Source of the DNA: an uncultured Candidatus Binatia bacterium
Lineage (GTDB): Bacteria > Desulfobacterota > Binatia > UBA9968 > JAJDTQ01
Length of the DNA stretch: 64,000 bases
Assembly: GCA_964291295.2 (NCBI GenBank)
Contig: OZ219754.1
Span: 3,040,001 to 3,104,000, forward strand
Reading direction: 5' to 3'
Below the pieces are notes generated by a model, which was given only the letters and a program-made list of their open reading frames with translations, had not been told where the DNA came from and searched no databases. This document shows, piece after piece, positions 59,794 through 64,000 of this stretch; position 1 is the stretch's first letter; every line of letters begins with the position of its first letter. The position numbers and the translations under genes were made by a program.

Positions 59794-60525
59794 CTACGCC
59801 ACCACCGTCCCGAGCTCCCGCAGGACGCTCTTGATGTCATCCCACACCAGCCGCTTGTCGGCCGGATTGCGCAGCAGATAGGCCGGATGAAAGGTCGGCA
59901 TCAGCCGAATGCCGCGGTAGTCGTGCCAGTGCCCGCGCAGCCGGGACACCGGCACCGCGGAGCGCGTCAGGGTCTGCGCCGCGAACTTGCCCAACGCGAC
60001 GATCACCCTCGGCTTGACCAGCTCGATCTGACGGTCGAGGAACGGCTCGCACGACGCCACCTCGTCGGGCTCGGGATCGCGGTTCCGCGGCGGGCGGCAC
60101 TTGACCACGTTGGCGATGTAGACGTCTTCGCGCCGCAGCCTCATGCCCTTGGTGATGATGTCGTTGAGCAACTGTCCGGCGCGGCCCACGAAAGGTTCTC
60201 CCCGGAGATCTTCGTCCCGGCCCGGCCCCTCCCCCACGAACATGACATCGGCGGCGGGGTTGCCGGTCCCGAAGACGATGTGGGTACGCTCCTGCCACAG
60301 CCGGCAGCGGCGGCATTCGCCCAGAACCTGGCGAAGCTGCCCCAAGTCCCCGGCTGCGCCGGTCTCGCCGCCGGCAGCGGTGTCCGGACCACGGGCCACC
60401 CGCGCCGGCCCGGGCAGCACCGGTATTCCCGCGGCCCGGTGCTGTTCAAGGCAACTCCGGAGCGACGTCACCGCCACCGCGAGACGCCGCCGTAACCGCT
60501 GCCGCCGTGGCTCAAGGCTTTCCAT
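59794..60525 (-). CDS. Uracil-DNA glycosylase family 4
   Basis: CRRCRL, FVGEGPGRDED, PFVGRAG, NVVKCRPPRNR, TFHPAYLLR; start uncertain. Confidence 0.93.
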   Translation of the reverse strand: MESLEPRRQRLRRRLAVAVTSLRSCLEQHRAAGIPVLPGPARVARGPDTAAGGETGAAGDLGQLRQVLGECRRCRLWQERTHIVFGTGNPAADVMFVGEGPGRDEDLRGEPFVGRAGQLLNDIITKGMRLRREDVYIANVVKCRPPRNRDPEPDEVASCEPFLDRQIELVKPRVIVALGKFAAQTLTRSAVPVSRLRGHWHDYRGIRLMPTFHPAYLLRNPADKRLVWDDIKSVLRELGTVVA

Positions 60526-60625
60526 GTCGATGTCGTCAACCTCGTCAACGCGATACGATGCATGATTTCTGTTTACGACAATTGCCGCGGCAGGGCAATG
60601 CTCCCGACCGGGCGGGACACGGGGC

Positions 60626-61840
60626 TCAGGCGAGCCGGTCCCGAGCCTGGTTCTTGTGCTGGAGAAACCAGTCGCAGATGCGTTCGGCCACCGCATCCTT
60701 GCTCATGGCCGGCAGCGGCGTGACCGTGCCGTCCCGGTCCAGCAGCGTCACCGCGTTGGTCTCCACGTCGAAGCCGCTGTCCGCCCGGGTGACGTCGTTG
60801 GCCACCAGCAGGTCGAGGTTCTTCCGGTGCAGCTTCCCGCGGGCGTTTTCCAGCAGCGACTCGGTCTCCGCGGCGAAACCCACCACGGTCTGGTGCCGTT
60901 TCCGGGCGCCCAACTCCGCCACGATGTCCGGATTGGGGACGAACTCGGGGCGGAGGCTGTCGCCGCTCCGCTTCATCTTGTGGCCGGACGCGGAACGGGG
61001 CCGGTAGTCCGCCACCGCCGCCGCCATGAAAACCGCCGTGGCCGTGTCGAACTCCGCCAGCACGGCGCCGTGCATCTCCTGGGCCGTGACCACCGGCACC
61101 GTCCTGACGCCTTCGGGCCCGGCCAGGGCCGTCGGACCGCTCACCAAGGTGACCTGCGCACCGCGGCGGGCGGCGGCCCTGGCCAGGGCGTAACCCATCT
61201 TCCCGGACGACCGGTTGGAAATGAAACGCACCGGGTCCAGGGGTTCCCGGGTCGGCCCGGCGGTGACCACCACCTTCTCGCCGGCCAGGTCCCCGGGCCC
61301 GAGAAGACGCCGGACCTCCTCGACGATGGCCGGCGGTTCCGGCAGACGCCCCTTGCCCTCGTAGCCGCAGGCCAGATAGCCGGCGCCCGCTTCCATGACA
61401 TGGCAGCCCACGCCCCTCAACCGGGCGAGATTCGCCTGTACCATGGGATGGGCCAGCATGTGCACGTTCATGGACGGCACCACCAGCAGGGGAGCCCGGG
61501 TCGCCAGCGCCACGGTGGTGAGAAGATCGTCGGCAATGCCCGCGGCCAGCTTCGCGATGATGTTGGCGGTGGCCGGCGCCACCACCAGCACGTCGGCACT
61601 GTCCGCGAGGTTGATGTGGCCGATCTCGGATTCCTGGGTCAGGCTGAACAGGTCGGTGCCGACCGGCGCCCCCGAAAGGGTTTGAAAACTCAGCGGCGTG
61701 ACGAACTCGGCGGCTTCCCGGGTCATCACCACCCGGACCACGCACGACTCCCGCACCAGGAGACGCACCAGTTCAAGGGCCTTGTAGCAGGCGATTCCTC
61801 CGGCCACTCCCAGGACGACCCGCGGCTCTTCCACGGACAT
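60626..61840 (-). CDS. coaBC: Bifunctional phosphopantothenoylcysteine decarboxylase/synthase
   Basis: GGIACYK, APATAN, PSMN, LACG..G.GR, TAGPTREPLDPVRFISNRSSGKMG, GFAAET. Confidence 0.97.
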   Translation of the reverse strand: MSVEEPRVVLGVAGGIACYKALELVRLLVRESCVVRVVMTREAAEFVTPLSFQTLSGAPVGTDLFSLTQESEIGHINLADSADVLVVAPATANIIAKLAAGIADDLLTTVALATRAPLLVVPSMNVHMLAHPMVQANLARLRGVGCHVMEAGAGYLACGYEGKGRLPEPPAIVEEVRRLLGPGDLAGEKVVVTAGPTREPLDPVRFISNRSSGKMGYALARAAARRGAQVTLVSGPTALAGPEGVRTVPVVTAQEMHGAVLAEFDTATAVFMAAAVADYRPRSASGHKMKRSGDSLRPEFVPNPDIVAELGARKRHQTVVGFAAETESLLENARGKLHRKNLDLLVANDVTRADSGFDVETNAVTLLDRDGTVTPLPAMSKDAVAERICDWFLQHKNQARDRLA

Positions 61841-61979
61841 CGGCTTTTCCACGAATACACGCTCTCCGGCATTCGACGGGCACACACTCCAACTCTACGG
61901 CCCCGCACGGTATCCCATTGATGACAGGTTTTCAAACTCTTGATTTCACGGGGCCGTGGTGTTAATTGCCTTGATACTC

Positions 61980-62795
61980 ATGCGAATCCGCAGCCTTGCG
62001 ATCCCGGCCCGCCCGATCCCGACCCCAGTCCTCCCGATCCCGGCCCGCCCGATCCTTGTCCTCCCGATCCTTTTTCTGCTGCTTCACTTGAGCCTGCCCC
62101 CATGGGTCGGTTCGCAGGTCGGTCCCGGCGAGGCTGCGGAAACGGGCCTGTCAGGCTTCGGCGGGCCGGCCACCGCGGCGCCGCACCACGACCCGTTCGA
62201 GCGAATCAACGACGACATCTTCAAATTCAACAGCGACTTCGACCGCTTCGTCCTGGAGCCGGTAGCCAGGGCCTATGCGGCGGCGCTCCCCCTGTCGGCC
62301 CGGACCGGGATACGCAATGCCGTCAACAATCTCGACGTGGCCAGGAAGACGGCCAACAACCTGCTCCAGGGAAGACCCGTCTCGGCCAGCCGCGAGGTGG
62401 TCCGCTTCGTTGTCAACAGCACCGTCGGCATCGCCGGGGTCTTCGACATGGCCGCCAGGCTCGGGCTGGAGCCCAGCGACCCGGACATGGGCATCACGCT
62501 GGGTGTCTACGGTTTCGGTCACGGCGCCTATCTGGTGCTCCCGTTCCTTCCGCCGACGACTCTCCGGGACGGGCTGGGCAAGGTGGCGGACTCGTTCATG
62601 AATCCGCTGAGGTATTTCACGCCGTCCCATGTGCCCCTGGCCATCGGAGTCACCAGCGCCATCAACAGCCGTTCCCTGAACATGGAGATGTTCGAGGCGC
62701 TGCGACACAGCATCGACCCCTATGGCGCGGCGCGGGACGCCTATCTGCAAATCCGGCGGCAGAAGCTGCAGGCGGCCCGGGCCGCGGGACCGTAG
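61980..62795 (+). CDS. mlaA: MlaA/VacJ family protein
   Basis: [58 protein letters not shown]. Confidence 0.88.
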   Translation: MRIRSLAIPARPIPTPVLPIPARPILVLPILFLLLHLSLPPWVGSQVGPGEAAETGLSGFGGPATAAPHHDPFERINDDIFKFNSDFDRFVLEPVARAYAAALPLSARTGIRNAVNNLDVARKTANNLLQGRPVSASREVVRFVVNSTVGIAGVFDMAARLGLEPSDPDMGITLGVYGFGHGAYLVLPFLPPTTLRDGLGKVADSFMNPLRYFTPSHVPLAIGVTSAINSRSLNMEMFEALRHSIDPYGAARDAYLQIRRQKLQAARAAGP

Positions 62796-62827
62796 CGGGC
62801 CGTTTCCCGGCGCCGCGCCCCACTGGC

Positions 62828-63946
62828 ATGACCATGCGCAAGCCTTCTCTCCTTTCCGGAAGAACGATCGATCCGAAGCCCATCGGCGCCGGGACCACCC
62901 TGGTGGAGCTCATCGACGACAACTTCGTCTCCTACAACAGCGGCCGCCTGCGCGAGGCATGCCAGTTGTTTACCGGGAAGATCCTTGCGGACGACGTCAC
63001 GGTCGGACTCAGCATCACCGGCGCCCTCACCCCGGCCGGACTCGGCATGAGCGCGTTCATCCCGCTCATCGAGAACGGCTTCGTGGACTGGATCGTCAGC
63101 ACCGGCGCGAATCTCTATCACGACGCCCACTTCGCCATCGGCCTGTCCATGCACCGGGGCAACTTCGACGCCGACGACGTCGACCTGCGCGAACAGGGCG
63201 TCGTGCGCATCTACGACATCTTCTTCGACTACGACGTCCTCATCGCCACCGACGACTTCTTTCGCGAGATACTGAAGGCCCCCGGGTTCCAGAAGGAGAT
63301 GGGGACGGCCGAGTTGCACCACCGCGTGGGCCGTTACCTCGACGAAAGGGAGAAGGTCCTGGGGCTCGAAAGGCGCTCGCTTCTGGCTGCCGCGTACCGG
63401 GGCGGCGTACCGGTGTACACCTCGTCGCCCGGCGACAGCTCCATCGGCATGAATGTCGCGGCCCTGGCGTTGAAGGGCAACGGCCTTCGCATCGACGTCT
63501 CGCGCGATGTCAACGAGTCCGCGGCCCTGGTGCTGGCGGCCAAGCGTGCCGGGGGCCGCAGCGCCGCGGTCATCCTCGGCGGCGGTTCGCCCAAGAACTT
63601 CCTGCTTCAGACCGAACCGCACATCCAGGAGGTACTCGGGCTTGAGGAAAAGGGGTTCGATTATTTCATCCAGATCACCGACGCGCGCGTGGACACCGGA
63701 GGTCTCTCCGGAGCCACCCCCGCCGAGGCCGTGAGCTGGGGCAAGGTGGACCCCGATCAACTGCCCGACTCCGTGGTCTGCTACGTGGACAGCACCATCG
63801 CCGTGCCGCTGATGACGGCCTACGCCATCGGCAAACACCCGCCAAGAAAACTGAAACGTCTCTACCACACGCGCGAGGAGGCGCTGGCGCACATCGCCGA
63901 CGAGATCCGCGAGAAGTTCGGCAATGTGCCGCTGGCACAGCGCTGA
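62828..63946 (+). CDS. Deoxyhypusine synthase-like protein (SpeY/homospermidine biosynthesis family)
   Basis: [39 protein letters not shown] (conserved Lys). Confidence 0.88.
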   Translation: MTMRKPSLLSGRTIDPKPIGAGTTLVELIDDNFVSYNSGRLREACQLFTGKILADDVTVGLSITGALTPAGLGMSAFIPLIENGFVDWIVSTGANLYHDAHFAIGLSMHRGNFDADDVDLREQGVVRIYDIFFDYDVLIATDDFFREILKAPGFQKEMGTAELHHRVGRYLDEREKVLGLERRSLLAAAYRGGVPVYTSSPGDSSIGMNVAALALKGNGLRIDVSRDVNESAALVLAAKRAGGRSAAVILGGGSPKNFLLQTEPHIQEVLGLEEKGFDYFIQITDARVDTGGLSGATPAEAVSWGKVDPDQLPDSVVCYVDSTIAVPLMTAYAIGKHPPRKLKRLYHTREEALAHIADEIREKFGNVPLAQR

Positions 63947-63951
63947 CGGAC

Positions 63952-64000
63952 ATGAAAGCCTTTTTCAGGGTGGTGACCACGGCGGAGGCGCTGGCGCTTC
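63952..64000 (+). CDS. Partial CDS, possibly molybdopterin molybdotransferase MoeA-like N-terminus
   Basis: MKAFFRVVTTAEALAL; only 16 codons visible. Confidence 0.4.
   Translation, partial: MKAFFRVVTTAEALAL

Noticed and set aside
61940-63946. 668-aa Pro/Asp-repeat fusion to deoxyhypusine synthase
   Set aside because: The upstream part is an alternate frame overlapping mlaA; DHS homology starts at about 62828.

Overview
High-GC window from a diderm bacterium (MlaA, autotransporter). The gene content (TctC paralogs, LLM oxidoreductase, FN3 autotransporter, gltX-tRNA-Gln-tRNA-Glu) suggests a 'Deltaproteobacteria'-like lineage such as Binatia, possibly host-associated; this is inference only. 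0-43 kb is an accessory catabolic and energy region. It holds a complete mrpABCDEFG antiporter, a two-subunit CoA-transferase, and an NrfC/NrfD fusion next to a Tat-less molybdopterin oxidoreductase. It also holds TctAB plus two TctC, an MFS transporter, hicBA, pcaHG, ligAB, a PadC/PhtC-like decarboxylase, two ThDP enzymes, an acyl-CoA ligase, hydrolases and an M1 peptidase. 43-64 kb is core: four tRNAs, gltX, rplU-rpmA-obgE-proB-proA-nadD-rsfS, coaBC-udg-nfeD-SPFH-queA-tgt-yajC-secD-secF-recJ, mlaA, a deoxyhypusine-synthase-like gene and a partial moeA-like gene. The most notable structure is an 8.6 kb unit (24738-33368) bounded by ends of a degenerate DUF4338-ISAs1 element and a 10-bp target-site duplication (TGCAATCGAA/TGCAATCGGA). 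It carries a ygfZ pseudogene and an intact ~1846-aa fibronectin-III autotransporter with a C15 tract in its 5' coding region and both conserved and highly divergent FN3 modules. Also seen are a ~200-nt structured, possibly pseudoknotted intergenic element (37600-37803) and many 10-36 bp tandem micro-duplications. All calls come from reading the sequence and recalled family motifs; no searches were run.
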